From: an uncultured Planctomycetales bacterium | Lineage (GTDB): Bacteria > Omnitrophota > Gorgyraeia > Zapsychrales > JANLHA01 | Direction: 5' to 3' | NCBI GenBank assembly: GCA_964474085.1 | Contig: CAYYRJ010000015.1 | Location: 1-60,353 of the forward strand | Length of the DNA: 60,353 bases | Shown here: one piece after another, positions 26,129 through 35,160 of the stretch | Numbering within the stretch: position 1 is the stretch's first letter | Layout: each line of letters starts with the position of its first letter | The notes under the pieces: model-generated | Database searches by the model: none | Seen by the model: only the letters and a program-made list of their open reading frames with translations | Told to the model about the DNA's origin: nothing | Made by a program: the position numbers and the translations under genes

Positions 26129-26240
26129 GGGTGGGTGAAAGTCCGAAGGCGAATCGGAACGCAGCCCCGATTTTCTCCCGCCGTAAGGCGGGACATCCAC
26201 CGGGGACCGTTTCTTGAGCCAGAGGACTTTGACCCACCCC
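26129..26240 (+). repeat. E-family structured palindromic element, long form (E4, type copy)
   Basis: GGGTGGGTGAAAGTCC-GAAGGCGAATCGGAACGCAGCCCCGATTTTCTCCCGCCGTAAGGCGGGACATCCACCGGGGACCGTTTCTTGAGCC-AGA-GGACTTTGACCCACCC. Four nested stems. The core recurs at 33336-33453 and 54948-55057. Confidence 0.8.
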
Positions 26241-26244
26241 TGAA

Positions 26245-27729
26245 TTATATTTCAAGCCGCGGGAAAAGCGGTTCACCGATTTTAATAATATCGCCGCTAA
26301 ATTGTTCCTTAATTTTTTTCGACGTCGACGGCATAAAGGGATCGATCGCATCGGCACTAAACTTAAGCACAGCCACAATAATCCCTAAAAAATTCTCAAC
26401 CTCAGCCTGTTTGCCTTCTTTTTTTAGCTGCCACGGCTTGACCTGCTCGACAAATTTATTGGCCGCACCGATCAAATCCCAAATTTCGCCTAAATATTCA
26501 TTAAACTTAAAGTTTTCGATCAAATCCAGATTTTGTTTTGGATCACTGAGGAACTTCGCTAAAATCGGGCTGTCGACCCCTTGCGGCACCTGCAAAGATG
26601 GATTCTGCGGAATCTTGCCGTCAACATATTTAAGAATCATGTTCGACGTGCGATGGACCAAATTGCCAAGATCATTGGCCAAGTCCCCGTTAAAACGTTT
26701 TTCAAAAGAATCCGTCGAAAAATTCCCGTCCGCACCAAAGGGCACATCGCGCATCAAAAAATACCGAAACGCATCAACCCCATATTTTTCGACCATCTCA
26801 ACCGGATCGACGACATTGCCCAAAGACTTAGACATCTTGACCTCGCCCATTTTCCACCAACCGTGAGCAACAATCTGTTTTGGCATAGGCAGTCCTGCAG
26901 CATGCAGCATAATCGGCCAATAAATCGCGTGCTGACGAATAATGTCCTTGGCCATCAAATGCACATCGGCCGGCCAAAAAGCGTCAAACTTCTTCTTGTC
27001 GTCGACAAAACCAATCGCGCTGATGTAATTGACCAGCGCATCAAACCACACATAAGTGACATGTTCGCGATCAAAGGGGACTTCAATGCCCCAATTAAGA
27101 CGAGACTTAGGACGAGAAACACAAAGATCCGTGAGCGTATTGTTTTCCAAAAAACCCACAACCTCGTTATACCGCGTCTGCGGAAACACAAAGTCCGGGT
27201 GGTCTTTTAAATATTGCAAAAGCCAGCCCTGGTGTTTCGATAACTTGAAAAAATAATTCTTTTCTTTAATAAACTCAACCGCCCGCCCACAGTCCGGGCA
27301 TTTTCCGTCGACAATCTGAGACTCCATCCAGAATGTTTCATCCGGCACGCAGTACCAGCCGCCGTATTCTCCTGCATAAATTTCATCATTGCTTTTAAGG
27401 ATTTCCCAAAACTTTTGTACCGCCGCAATATGCCGCGGCTCTGTAGTCCGGATAAAATCATCGTTAGAAATATTAAGCGTAGCCCAAAGATTTTGAAATT
27501 GCGGGGAAATGCGGTCGGTAAATTCTTTGGGCGTTAAATTTAGTTCACTGGAGGCTTTCTGGATTTTTTGCCCGTGCTCGTCGGTGCCGGTTAAAAAATG
27601 CACCTGCGCGTTTTGACTGCGATAAAAACGGGCTAGACAATCCGCGGCAATGGTCGTATACGCATGACCGATATGCGGCTTGGCATTGACGTAATAAATC
27701 GGCGTCGTGATATAAAATTTAGTTTTCAT
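26245..27729 (-). CDS. metG: Methionine--tRNA ligase (short form without the C-terminal tRNA-binding domain)
   Basis: HIGH (PHIGHAY), KMSKS (KMSKSLGN), and zinc knuckle C..PD....CPDCG. I chose the start at MKTKFYITTP; the track ORF extends to 27762. Confidence 0.92.
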   Translation of the reverse strand: MKTKFYITTPIYYVNAKPHIGHAYTTIAADCLARFYRSQNAQVHFLTGTDEHGQKIQKASSELNLTPKEFTDRISPQFQNLWATLNISNDDFIRTTEPRHIAAVQKFWEILKSNDEIYAGEYGGWYCVPDETFWMESQIVDGKCPDCGRAVEFIKEKNYFFKLSKHQGWLLQYLKDHPDFVFPQTRYNEVVGFLENNTLTDLCVSRPKSRLNWGIEVPFDREHVTYVWFDALVNYISAIGFVDDKKKFDAFWPADVHLMAKDIIRQHAIYWPIMLHAAGLPMPKQIVAHGWWKMGEVKMSKSLGNVVDPVEMVEKYGVDAFRYFLMRDVPFGADGNFSTDSFEKRFNGDLANDLGNLVHRTSNMILKYVDGKIPQNPSLQVPQGVDSPILAKFLSDPKQNLDLIENFKFNEYLGEIWDLIGAANKFVEQVKPWQLKKEGKQAEVENFLGIIVAVLKFSADAIDPFMPSTSKKIKEQFSGDIIKIGEPLFPRLEI

Positions 27730-28537
27730 TGATAACAGAAGCTGTGCTGTTTTTGGGAGCAAAAGAAACTTTGGTCATTTTTCCTTCGCCTAAATCAACA
27801 AAAACTAACCGTTTGAGAATATTGACATCCCGGACATTGCCCTTGCCTTCCGGGGTCGTGATCTTGTCCCCAATCGACGGCAGGTCACGGGCCAAATCGC
27901 GGTACGCCAAATATTCATAAGCCATACAGCACTTGATACGCCCGCAAACTCCCGAAATCCTCGTCGGGTTAAGCGGCAAGCCTTGTTCTTTGGCCATTTT
28001 AATCGAAAGCTGATGAAAACTTTTCAGATACGACGAACAGCAAAGTTCTCGTCCGCAAACCCCGTAACCGGTAATAATTTTGGCACGATCACGAACACCG
28101 ATTTGCTTAAGCTCAATACGAACCCTAAAAACTTTGGCGAGGTCTTTGACCAAATTGCGAAAATCCACACGCCCTTCGGCGTTAAAGAAAAAAATCACTT
28201 TGCTGCAATCAAACGTATACTCGGCTTTGACAATCTGCATATCCAATTTACGTTCGCTGATTTTGCGCACGCAGGCACTGACGGCATCCTGCGATTTAAG
28301 ACGGTTATTCTCCAACTGATTCTTGTCGCCTTGTGTCAAAAGACGGACAATTTTACCGACGGGTTGATCAGCCTTTGCACTGCAAACAGCGTTCGCGTCC
28401 GAAATAACACGCCCAAATTCCATCGAACGGTCCTGTTCAATAATCACATATTGCCCACGGTCACAGACCACATCATTCTGTTCATAAAACCCCACCCCGC
28501 GAAATTCGCCAAGCTGGACTTCAATTATCTTGCCCAT
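27719..28537 (-). CDS. yaaT: PSP1 domain protein (YaaT/RicT-like)
   Basis: PSP1 C-terminal domain with the Cys cluster (GVCGRELCC..., GVCGRIKCC). 272 aa. Lies downstream of holB, as in Bacillus. Confidence 0.85.
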   Translation of the reverse strand: MGKIIEVQLGEFRGVGFYEQNDVVCDRGQYVIIEQDRSMEFGRVISDANAVCSAKADQPVGKIVRLLTQGDKNQLENNRLKSQDAVSACVRKISERKLDMQIVKAEYTFDCSKVIFFFNAEGRVDFRNLVKDLAKVFRVRIELKQIGVRDRAKIITGYGVCGRELCCSSYLKSFHQLSIKMAKEQGLPLNPTRISGVCGRIKCCMAYEYLAYRDLARDLPSIGDKITTPEGKGNVRDVNILKRLVFVDLGEGKMTKVSFAPKNSTASVINEN

Positions 28538-29508
28538 ATTTTCTCCCGCAAAAGGATAAACGGAATTTTGATATTAAGGTTTTCGCCCAAAAGCGCCAAA
28601 GCCTCGATAATTTGGTCAATAATTCCGTTTAACCGTACAAATGAATATTTCTTCTCGAGCGTTAATAGCTCATCGTAACGATCTGGGTGCGTCAACTGCG
28701 TCTGTCTTGCGCCGGACTTTAAAATCAACAAATCGCGAAAGTACGACAACAAAACCACAAGTGCTGCTTGCGTCTGAGGCTTATCGCCTAAAATCTTTTT
28801 TAAATAGGCATCATTATTTTCCTGCAAGACCACATTGTCAATAATTTCATTTTTCCGGCGAAAAAACCCCTCGTTATTTAATTCGATCGCGCAAGCCAAA
28901 GAGCCTTCGGAAAACGCCGCTAACGATTGGGCAACCGGGGACTCAAGCTGATTGTCGGCGATCAAATGCGCCCGCAAAGCAGAAACAGACAAAGGATAAA
29001 ACTTGATCAAATGACAGCGTGAGACCACTGTGGCTAAATTCTCCTCGGGAACGGATGTCGTCAAAATAATCAGCGTATCTTTTGCCGGTTCTTCTAAAGT
29101 TTTTAAAAGCGCATTGCTACTGTCAGAGGTCATCGTTTCGATATCTTTGATGATACAAATTTTGGTCGGCGCCTCAAAAGAGCGCATTTGCAAACGGGTC
29201 ATAAGCTCTCTGATTTGCGCGATTTTAATCGACTCGCTGTCCCCGCAATCGATGAAAAAAATATCCGGATGATTGCGCGAAACAATCCGCAAACACGACG
29301 AACATTGCCCGCAAGCCTCGTGCGTGTGACCTTCGATACGTTTTTCGCAATTAACCAGCTGTGCCACACACAGGGCTGTTTGACTTTTGCCGATGCCCTT
29401 TGGTCCCGCGAATAAATAAGCGTGCGCCATGCGGCCCGACTTTAATAAGCGGCTGAAACGATTTAAAACGTCGTGATTGATATTTATACTATTCATCGCC
29501 CATCTCAT
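28525..29508 (-). CDS. holB: DNA polymerase III subunit delta'
   Basis: HAYLF.GP.GIGK, zinc module C..C..C, and SRC motif (VSRCH). 327 aa. The start may be the internal MNSININ. Confidence 0.85.
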   Translation of the reverse strand: MRWAMNSININHDVLNRFSRLLKSGRMAHAYLFAGPKGIGKSQTALCVAQLVNCEKRIEGHTHEACGQCSSCLRIVSRNHPDIFFIDCGDSESIKIAQIRELMTRLQMRSFEAPTKICIIKDIETMTSDSSNALLKTLEEPAKDTLIILTTSVPEENLATVVSRCHLIKFYPLSVSALRAHLIADNQLESPVAQSLAAFSEGSLACAIELNNEGFFRRKNEIIDNVVLQENNDAYLKKILGDKPQTQAALVVLLSYFRDLLILKSGARQTQLTHPDRYDELLTLEKKYSFVRLNGIIDQIIEALALLGENLNIKIPFILLREKIWAR

Positions 29509-29655
29509 GCAGGGATCCTATGAATACCCCGCGCTCAAACAGTGTCTCGCCCCAAGACTAACCGCTTTATACACGTGCCAAAAAATCGGGGCTCGTCCTA
29601 AAAAGGACTTCCTTACGGTCGCCAAACTCGCTCGGGATATTTATAGAATCCCTGC
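29509..29655 (-). repeat. 147-nt palindromic element (G1) filling the tmk-holB gap; a divergent, mosaic relative of the E family
   Basis: 18-nt terminal arms GCAGGGATCCTATGAATA / TATTTATAGAATCCCTGC (16/18 complementary). The interior shares AAAATCGGGGCT with the reverse complement of the E core, and the 16-mer CCTAAAAAGGACTTCC with E1. Confidence 0.65.
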
Positions 29656-30269
29656 TATCTTAAAAATGCATCTACATATTCCCGCACAATTTCAAAAATT
29701 TCTTCCTTAGTCTTATTGACTTTAATCACCCGAAAACGCTTCGGATTTTCTTTGGCCAGCTGCAAATATCCCTTTCGTACCCGACGATGATATTGGAGGG
29801 AACGCAGTTCAATGCGATCCTTGACCGCATTGGTGCGGGCAAGCCCTTTTTCGGTTTGAATATCAAACAGCAACGTCAAATCCGGACTGACGCTCTGTGT
29901 AGCAAATTCACCGATTTTTTTAATCGTCTGAATATCCACACCATTGCCAAAACCCTGATAAGCGATCGTTGAATCAAGATACCGATCAGAGAGAACGACT
30001 TTTCCCGCCTTCAAAGCCGGCTTGAGCACCTCTTCAACCATCTGGGCGCGGCTGGCCATATAAAGCAACGTCTCGCTTTCCTTGGTCATGTCCGTATTTT
30101 TGACGTCGAGCAAAAGACCCCGTATCGCCTCGCTAATCTTGACCCCGCCGGGCTCGCGCAACAAAATAACAGGCACGTTTTTTTTCTGCAAATAAGAAAA
30201 AACTAACCCCGCCTGCGTGCTTTTGCCGGAACCTTCCGAACCTTCAAACGAAATGAACTTGCCTCTCAT
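29655..30269 (-). CDS. tmk: dTMP (thymidylate) kinase
   Basis: P-loop FEGSEGSGKST and the DRY motif region (SDRYLDST). 204 aa. Confidence 0.9.
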   Translation of the reverse strand: MRGKFISFEGSEGSGKSTQAGLVFSYLQKKNVPVILLREPGGVKISEAIRGLLLDVKNTDMTKESETLLYMASRAQMVEEVLKPALKAGKVVLSDRYLDSTIAYQGFGNGVDIQTIKKIGEFATQSVSPDLTLLFDIQTEKGLARTNAVKDRIELRSLQYHRRVRKGYLQLAKENPKRFRVIKVNKTKEEIFEIVREYVDAFLR

Positions 30270-31672
30270 GCAAATCTCCAGGTCTGTCCGTCTTTGGTGT
30301 CTTCGACAACAATCCCCTTGGCCTTTAAGGCATCGCGCAGCTCGTCGGACTTTTTAAAATCTTTGGCCTTGCGCGCTTGTTGGCGCGCCTCTAACAAAGC
30401 CTGCTGATCAACAGAAAGCTTTAACTTTGGCTCGCATAAAAAAAGGCCCAAGACTTCGCGCCCTAAACTCTCGATAGTCTCAACCGCCGTAAAAACCGTG
30501 TCAGCAAACTGCGCGCTTGCCTGTTGGCTTTCAATATAACGGTTGGTTTGCGCCAAAAAATTAAACAACGCAGCCAACGCTTTGGGCGTATTAAAATCAT
30601 CGTCCAAAGCATCAATAAATTCGTCTCTGTGCTGTTTGACAAAATCCACATCAATCATTTTAGGCGACGGATGTTTTTCTAAAATATGGCTCGCCTTCCA
30701 AAACAAAATATCAAAACGCTCCATCGCCTTGTGCGCTTCGGCCATTTTTTCTTCGGTAAAATCAATCCCGCTAGCATAAGCCGACATCAAAAAGAAAACT
30801 TTTAAATCATCGACCGGATATTTTTTAAGCGCATCCTCGACGGTGATAAAATTCCCCAAAGACTTGGACATCTTCTGCCCGTTAATCGTCAAAAGCCCGT
30901 GGTGAATCCAATATTTAGCAAAAGGTTTTTTGGTATAAGCTTCTGATTGGGCGATTTCGTTTTCATGATGCGGAAAGATCAGGTCCCGCCCGCCGGCGTG
31001 AATGTCTAAGGTTTCGCAATTCAAATGTTTGAGGCTCATGCACGAGCATTCGATATGCCAACCGGGCCGGCCCGCTCCCCAGGGGCTGTCCCACGACGGC
31101 TCGCCTTCTTTGGATTTTTTCCAGAGCGCAAAATCCAGCGGATCATCTTTTTTTTCGCCTTTTTCGATACGCACAGCCTCACGCATATATTCAACACTTT
31201 GGCCTGAGAGCTTGCCATACTCGGGAAATTCGCGCACACGAAAATAAACATCGCCCTGCGACTCGTAGGCATATCCATCGTCGATTAAAGTCGAAATATA
31301 TTTGATCATCTCAGCAATGTTTTCGGTGGCGCGCGGCTCGATGTCGGCTTTTTCAACGCCCAATCGCTGCATGTCCGCATAGTAGTCTTTGATGTTTTGC
31401 GTTGAAACCTCGTCGCTGGTTTTGCCAAGTTCTTGGGCGCGCTTGATAATTTTGTCGTCGATGTCCGTGATATTGCGGACAAAGTGCACGTCAAAGCCAC
31501 GAAATTTCAAATACCGGCGAATGACGTCAAAAATATACAAACTGCGCGCATGTCCCAAATGGCATTTGTCATAAACGGTTACCCCGCACGAATACATGCG
31601 AATCGTTTTGCCGTTTAAGGGAACGAGTTCTTCAAGTTGTTTAGAAAGGGAATTGTAAATTTGTATTGGCAT
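30266..31672 (-). CDS. cysS: Cysteine--tRNA ligase
   Basis: HLGHAR (HIGH-type), KMSKSLGN, and zinc ligands in CGVTVYD../HIECS. 468 aa. Confidence 0.93.
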   Translation of the reverse strand: MPIQIYNSLSKQLEELVPLNGKTIRMYSCGVTVYDKCHLGHARSLYIFDVIRRYLKFRGFDVHFVRNITDIDDKIIKRAQELGKTSDEVSTQNIKDYYADMQRLGVEKADIEPRATENIAEMIKYISTLIDDGYAYESQGDVYFRVREFPEYGKLSGQSVEYMREAVRIEKGEKKDDPLDFALWKKSKEGEPSWDSPWGAGRPGWHIECSCMSLKHLNCETLDIHAGGRDLIFPHHENEIAQSEAYTKKPFAKYWIHHGLLTINGQKMSKSLGNFITVEDALKKYPVDDLKVFFLMSAYASGIDFTEEKMAEAHKAMERFDILFWKASHILEKHPSPKMIDVDFVKQHRDEFIDALDDDFNTPKALAALFNFLAQTNRYIESQQASAQFADTVFTAVETIESLGREVLGLFLCEPKLKLSVDQQALLEARQQARKAKDFKKSDELRDALKAKGIVVEDTKDGQTWRFA

Positions 31673-31682
31673 AAGATTCCTT

Positions 31683-31717
31683 AACTCCCCCTACCCCCCT
31701 CTTTAAAAAAGAGGGGG
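31683..31717 (-). repeat. R-family repeat (R3a, inverted orientation): AACTCCCCCTACCCCCCTCTTTAAAAAAGAGGGGG
   Basis: The tail lies left of the hairpin. Together with R3b it forms an inverted pair. Confidence 0.8.
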
Positions 31718-31761
31718 AAAAGGTTGAAGTAGACAACCATCTTGCATCTTTTAAATATTCT

Positions 31762-31796
31762 CCCCTCTTTAGTTAAAGAGGGGATTAAGGGGAGTT
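31762..31796 (+). repeat. R-family repeat (R3b): CCCCTCTTTAGTTAAAGAGGGG + ATTAAGGGGAGTT
   Basis: Hairpin plus tail, 44 nt from R3a. Lies between the cysE stop and the cysS start. Confidence 0.8.
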
Positions 31797-31820
31797 GTGC
31801 AAATTAATATTTTTATTTTT

Positions 31821-32546
31821 CTAAATCATATAATCAATATCGCTGTCTTTTTCTTCTTGAGCGCTGCGGGCGATGCCCAGCTTTTCCTCAGCCGCCTTCA
31901 TCCGCTGGACTAAATCTTTCATGTGCATCATAACCGGATCCTGCACATGCCCGTGATCCATGGCGCTATCGATCTTTTTGCCTTCCTGACGAGTGATGCG
32001 TCCCGGGACACCGACGACCGTGGTATTAGGCGGCACGTTTTTTAAAACAACCGCATTAGCGCCCACATAAGAATTGGAACCGACTGTAATATTGCCCAGC
32101 ACTTTGGCGCCTGCCCCGACGACGATATTGTCGCCTAACGTCGGATGGCGCTTGCCGGTTTCTTTACCCGTTCCGCCTAGCGTCACACCCTGAAACAAAG
32201 TGACATTATCCCCAACAATCGCCGTCTCGCCGATCACAACACCCATCCCGTGATCGATAAAAAGACCTTTGCCGATTACCGCGCCGGGGTGAATTTCAAC
32301 CCCGCTTAAAAAACGCACCGTCTGCGAAATTGCCCGAGGAAAAAACGGGATTCTTTTCGTCCACAAAAAATGCGAAATTCGATACGCAATAACCGCGTGC
32401 AAGCCCGGGTAGAGCAAAAGGACTTCCCAAACATTTTTTGCCGCCGGGTCGCGTTCTTGTGTCGCTTTGATCTCCGATGCAAAAGCAAAGGCCACAAAAA
32501 AAATAACCGCAATCACCGTCGAAACAATCATCAATAGTCCCATCAT
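31821..32546 (-). CDS. cysE: Serine O-acetyltransferase
   Basis: RDPAA....E.LL.YPG.HA...YR..H.LW N-domain plus left-handed beta-helix hexapeptide repeats. An N-terminal hydrophobic extension makes the start uncertain. Confidence 0.85.
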   Translation of the reverse strand: MMGLLMIVSTVIAVIFFVAFAFASEIKATQERDPAAKNVWEVLLLYPGLHAVIAYRISHFLWTKRIPFFPRAISQTVRFLSGVEIHPGAVIGKGLFIDHGMGVVIGETAIVGDNVTLFQGVTLGGTGKETGKRHPTLGDNIVVGAGAKVLGNITVGSNSYVGANAVVLKNVPPNTTVVGVPGRITRQEGKKIDSAMDHGHVQDPVMMHMKDLVQRMKAAEEKLGIARSAQEEKDSDIDYMI

Positions 32547-32565
32547 AATTTCACCTTGACACTTA

Positions 32566-32805
32566 TTATTCTAGTAATTTGTCGATAATTCTCATAAATT
32601 TTCTAATCGTAATAAAACCACCAATAAATCCAAAACAACAGCAAGCATAAAGAATAATATTGGATTTTAAACACAACTTGTTTGATAAAAAAACTATCAA
32701 AAGAAATGTTACTACTACACCAAAAATAAACGATTTTTTCGTCTGATACTTCTTTTGAACCTCAAACCATTCTAATTCTTCAGCCGTCAGCTTTTCCTTG
32801 CCCAT
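32566..32805 (-). CDS. Small 2-TM membrane protein, hypothetical
   Basis: 79 aa and AT-rich. Occupies the position where gltX sits in the Bacillus-type gene order. Confidence 0.45.
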   Translation of the reverse strand: MGKEKLTAEELEWFEVQKKYQTKKSFIFGVVVTFLLIVFLSNKLCLKSNIILYACCCFGFIGGFITIRKFMRIIDKLLE

Positions 32806-32824
32806 ATCATCGCCCCTTTATTCA

Positions 32825-33316
32825 TCACACTTTCTTTTTCTTGCGTTTGCGAAGAAGCACCGTCGCATACGCGGCGATACCCTCTTTGCGGCCGATCGCG
32901 CCTAAGCCTTCGGTGGTGGTCGCCTTGATATTCACGCACGCCACGTCAATCTTAAGCGTCTTGGCAATACGCGCTTTCATCAGCGGCTTGTAGCTTTTTA
33001 TCTTGGGTTCTTCTGCCAAAATCACCGTATCGACATTCTCAATCACATAATCCGCTTGACTGACTAAACGATAAACGATTTCCAAAAGTTTAATGCTTTC
33101 AATATTGTGATATTTCTTGTCTGTATTGGGAAAATGCTCGCCGATGTCGCCTTGCCCTAAAGCGCCTAGAAGTGCATCACAAATCGCGTGCAAAACCACA
33201 TCCGCATCCGAATGTCCGTCGAGCCCAACGCTGTGAGGAATCTCAACGCCGCCTAAAAAAAGCTTTCGCCCGCGGGCCAATTGATGAATATCGTATCCAA
33301 TGCCGGTTTTAAACAT
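32825..33316 (-). CDS. ispF: 2-C-methyl-D-erythritol 2,4-cyclodiphosphate synthase
   Basis: GYDIH....GR.L.LGGV.I, GHSDADV..HA..DA.LGA. Lys-rich C-terminal tail. Confidence 0.92.
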   Translation of the reverse strand: MFKTGIGYDIHQLARGRKLFLGGVEIPHSVGLDGHSDADVVLHAICDALLGALGQGDIGEHFPNTDKKYHNIESIKLLEIVYRLVSQADYVIENVDTVILAEEPKIKSYKPLMKARIAKTLKIDVACVNIKATTTEGLGAIGRKEGIAAYATVLLRKRKKKKV

Positions 33317-33335
33317 ATTTTCTTTTCCTCAAAAA

Positions 33336-33453
33336 GCATTGTTAAATTAAGTCTTTAAGGCGAATTTGAACGCAGCGCCGAATCTGTCGCGCCGTTAGGC
33401 GAGAATCCATCGGCGACCGTTCTTATGAGCCGTAAGACTTAATTTAACAATGC
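33336..33453 (+). repeat. E-family structured palindromic element, long form (E3)
   Basis: Perfect 20-bp outer stem GCATTGTTAAATTAAGTCTT/AAGACTTAATTTAACAATGC around GGCGAATTTGAACGCAGCGCCGAATCTGTCGCGCCGTTAGGCGAGAATCCATCGGCGACCGTTCTTATGAGCC. The right arm overlaps the last 5 codons of ispD. Confidence 0.8.
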
Positions 33454-34119
33454 TTCCGCTATTTTCAAATCTTCCGGAGTCGTCAATTTGATATTGCGAT
33501 ACTCGCCCTCAATCATTTTGACCTTCGCCCCAAAACGTTCGACCAAAAAAGCATCGTCGGTCGCCTCAACATCCAGGCCAATTCCCTGCCGATGCGCTTG
33601 AGTCAAAAGTTCATACGCAAAAACCTGCGGCGTCTGCGCTTCCCATAGGATGCTGCGGTCAAGCGTTGTGTCGATGACTTTTGCCAAAGGATCAATGCGC
33701 TTGATCGTCGGTTTTAACGGAACACCAACGACCACAGCTTTAGCGGTGTAACAGGTTTTGATCGCTTGCTCGATCACCTCACGCGAAACCAAAGGTCGCG
33801 CCCCGTCGTGAATAAGCACAAAATCGATATTAGGATCTAACACTTTTAAACCATTGCTCACCGATTCATAGCGGCTCTTGCCGCCAGCGACAACTTTGAT
33901 CGGTTTTTTAAACACATACTTTTTGATCACGTTTTCAAAGTCAGCGACCTTAAGAGCCGGGGCGACGACGACGACACCGTCAACCAAATCGCAACTGTCA
34001 AACATCTCAAGCGAATAAATGATCACTTCCTTGCCCTTTAGCAAAAGCAAAGGTTTTGGGACATCTGCCCCAAAACGTGTCCCGGCGCCTGCGGCAGGAA
34101 TAATGACATGTGTTTTCAT
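33439..34119 (-). CDS. ispD: 2-C-methyl-D-erythritol 4-phosphate cytidylyltransferase
   Basis: IIPAAG.G.R.......PK N-terminus, HD.ARP motif. 226 aa. Confidence 0.92.
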   Translation of the reverse strand: MKTHVIIPAAGAGTRFGADVPKPLLLLKGKEVIIYSLEMFDSCDLVDGVVVVAPALKVADFENVIKKYVFKKPIKVVAGGKSRYESVSNGLKVLDPNIDFVLIHDGARPLVSREVIEQAIKTCYTAKAVVVGVPLKPTIKRIDPLAKVIDTTLDRSILWEAQTPQVFAYELLTQAHRQGIGLDVEATDDAFLVERFGAKVKMIEGEYRNIKLTTPEDLKIAEALLN

Positions 34120-34139
34120 AAAAACTTTTTTACCTTAAA

Positions 34140-35159
34140 TTAACCGACAACTTTTGCAAAAATCATCCGGCCACCTTGTGTTGCAAGAATTGACGTCACC
34201 AAAACCCGCACTTTTTTACCGACCAAACTGCGACCGCCGGCAACAACGATCATCGCCCCGTCCTCGGTATACGCAACCCCCTGGTCCTGTTCTTTGCCTT
34301 CCTTGACCAAACGGACTTCCATTTCCTCGCCGGTAAAAATCGACGGTTTGACCGCCTGCAAAAGGTCATTGATATTAAGTGCGATAACCCCCTGAATAGC
34401 GGCAATACGACTTAAATTGTAATCCGTTGTAAAAATCCGTGCTTCCATGATTTTGGCCAAACGGACAAGTTTGGTATCCACTTCCTTGATTTCGGCCATA
34501 TCGTCCTCGTGAATATGGATATCCAAAGAGGCATCTTTTTGCATATTGCGCAAAATTTCAACCCCCCGGCGTCCACGCTGGCGTTTGAGATCATCGCCAG
34601 AATCCGAAAGATTTTGCAATTCCTGCAGGACAAAACGCGGCACAACCAACCGGCCTGTAAAAAAATTGGTTTTGTAAATGTCCCAAATCCGTCCGTCGAT
34701 AATCGCACTGGTATCTAAAACAATAACCTGTTCGGAAAGGTCCTGCCGTCTAAAACGCACATACGGAATGATAATGCTAAATTCATCTTTGCCGCGCAAG
34801 GCCATGACAGCGCCCAGATACGAAAAAATTATTGTCAAAACTGCGCGCATAATCGACTGCATCGACTCGCCCAGCGGCAAAAGCGACATAATATCCGCAA
34901 TGAGTTTGGCCATGACCATCCCCAACAGAAGGCCAAAGACCATACTCGACAATCCCCGCACTGAAACCCGTCGAAGACTCAGCTCCAAGATAATCAAAAT
35001 CAAACCCGCCAGCGCCCCAAACCACGCGCCCTGCGCGGCAGCATTGACAATTGAACCAAGATAAGACCCGACGAAAGCGCTAATGAGCAAAAAAAATGTG
35101 CGGATAAATAATAATGTCATTAAATCGTTCCTTTCTTCGAGACATTTCAGGGATAGCAA
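34140..35159 (-). CDS. PIN/TRAM domain protein (YacL-like) with N-terminal TM helices
   Basis: Four N-terminal TM segments, a PIN domain (VLDTSAIIDGRI) and a C-terminal TRAM-like domain (V.V.S.L.T..GRMIFA). Confidence 0.8.
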   Translation of the reverse strand: MLSLKCLEERNDLMTLLFIRTFFLLISAFVGSYLGSIVNAAAQGAWFGALAGLILIILELSLRRVSVRGLSSMVFGLLLGMVMAKLIADIMSLLPLGESMQSIMRAVLTIIFSYLGAVMALRGKDEFSIIIPYVRFRRQDLSEQVIVLDTSAIIDGRIWDIYKTNFFTGRLVVPRFVLQELQNLSDSGDDLKRQRGRRGVEILRNMQKDASLDIHIHEDDMAEIKEVDTKLVRLAKIMEARIFTTDYNLSRIAAIQGVIALNINDLLQAVKPSIFTGEEMEVRLVKEGKEQDQGVAYTEDGAMIVVAGGRSLVGKKVRVLVTSILATQGGRMIFAKVVG

Positions 35160-35160
35160 G

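Noticed and set aside
25913-26866. 317-aa plus-strand ORF
   Set aside because: It is antisense to mtnA and metG, both of which carry unambiguous family motifs. It also reads through the E4 repeat. It is a shadow ORF.
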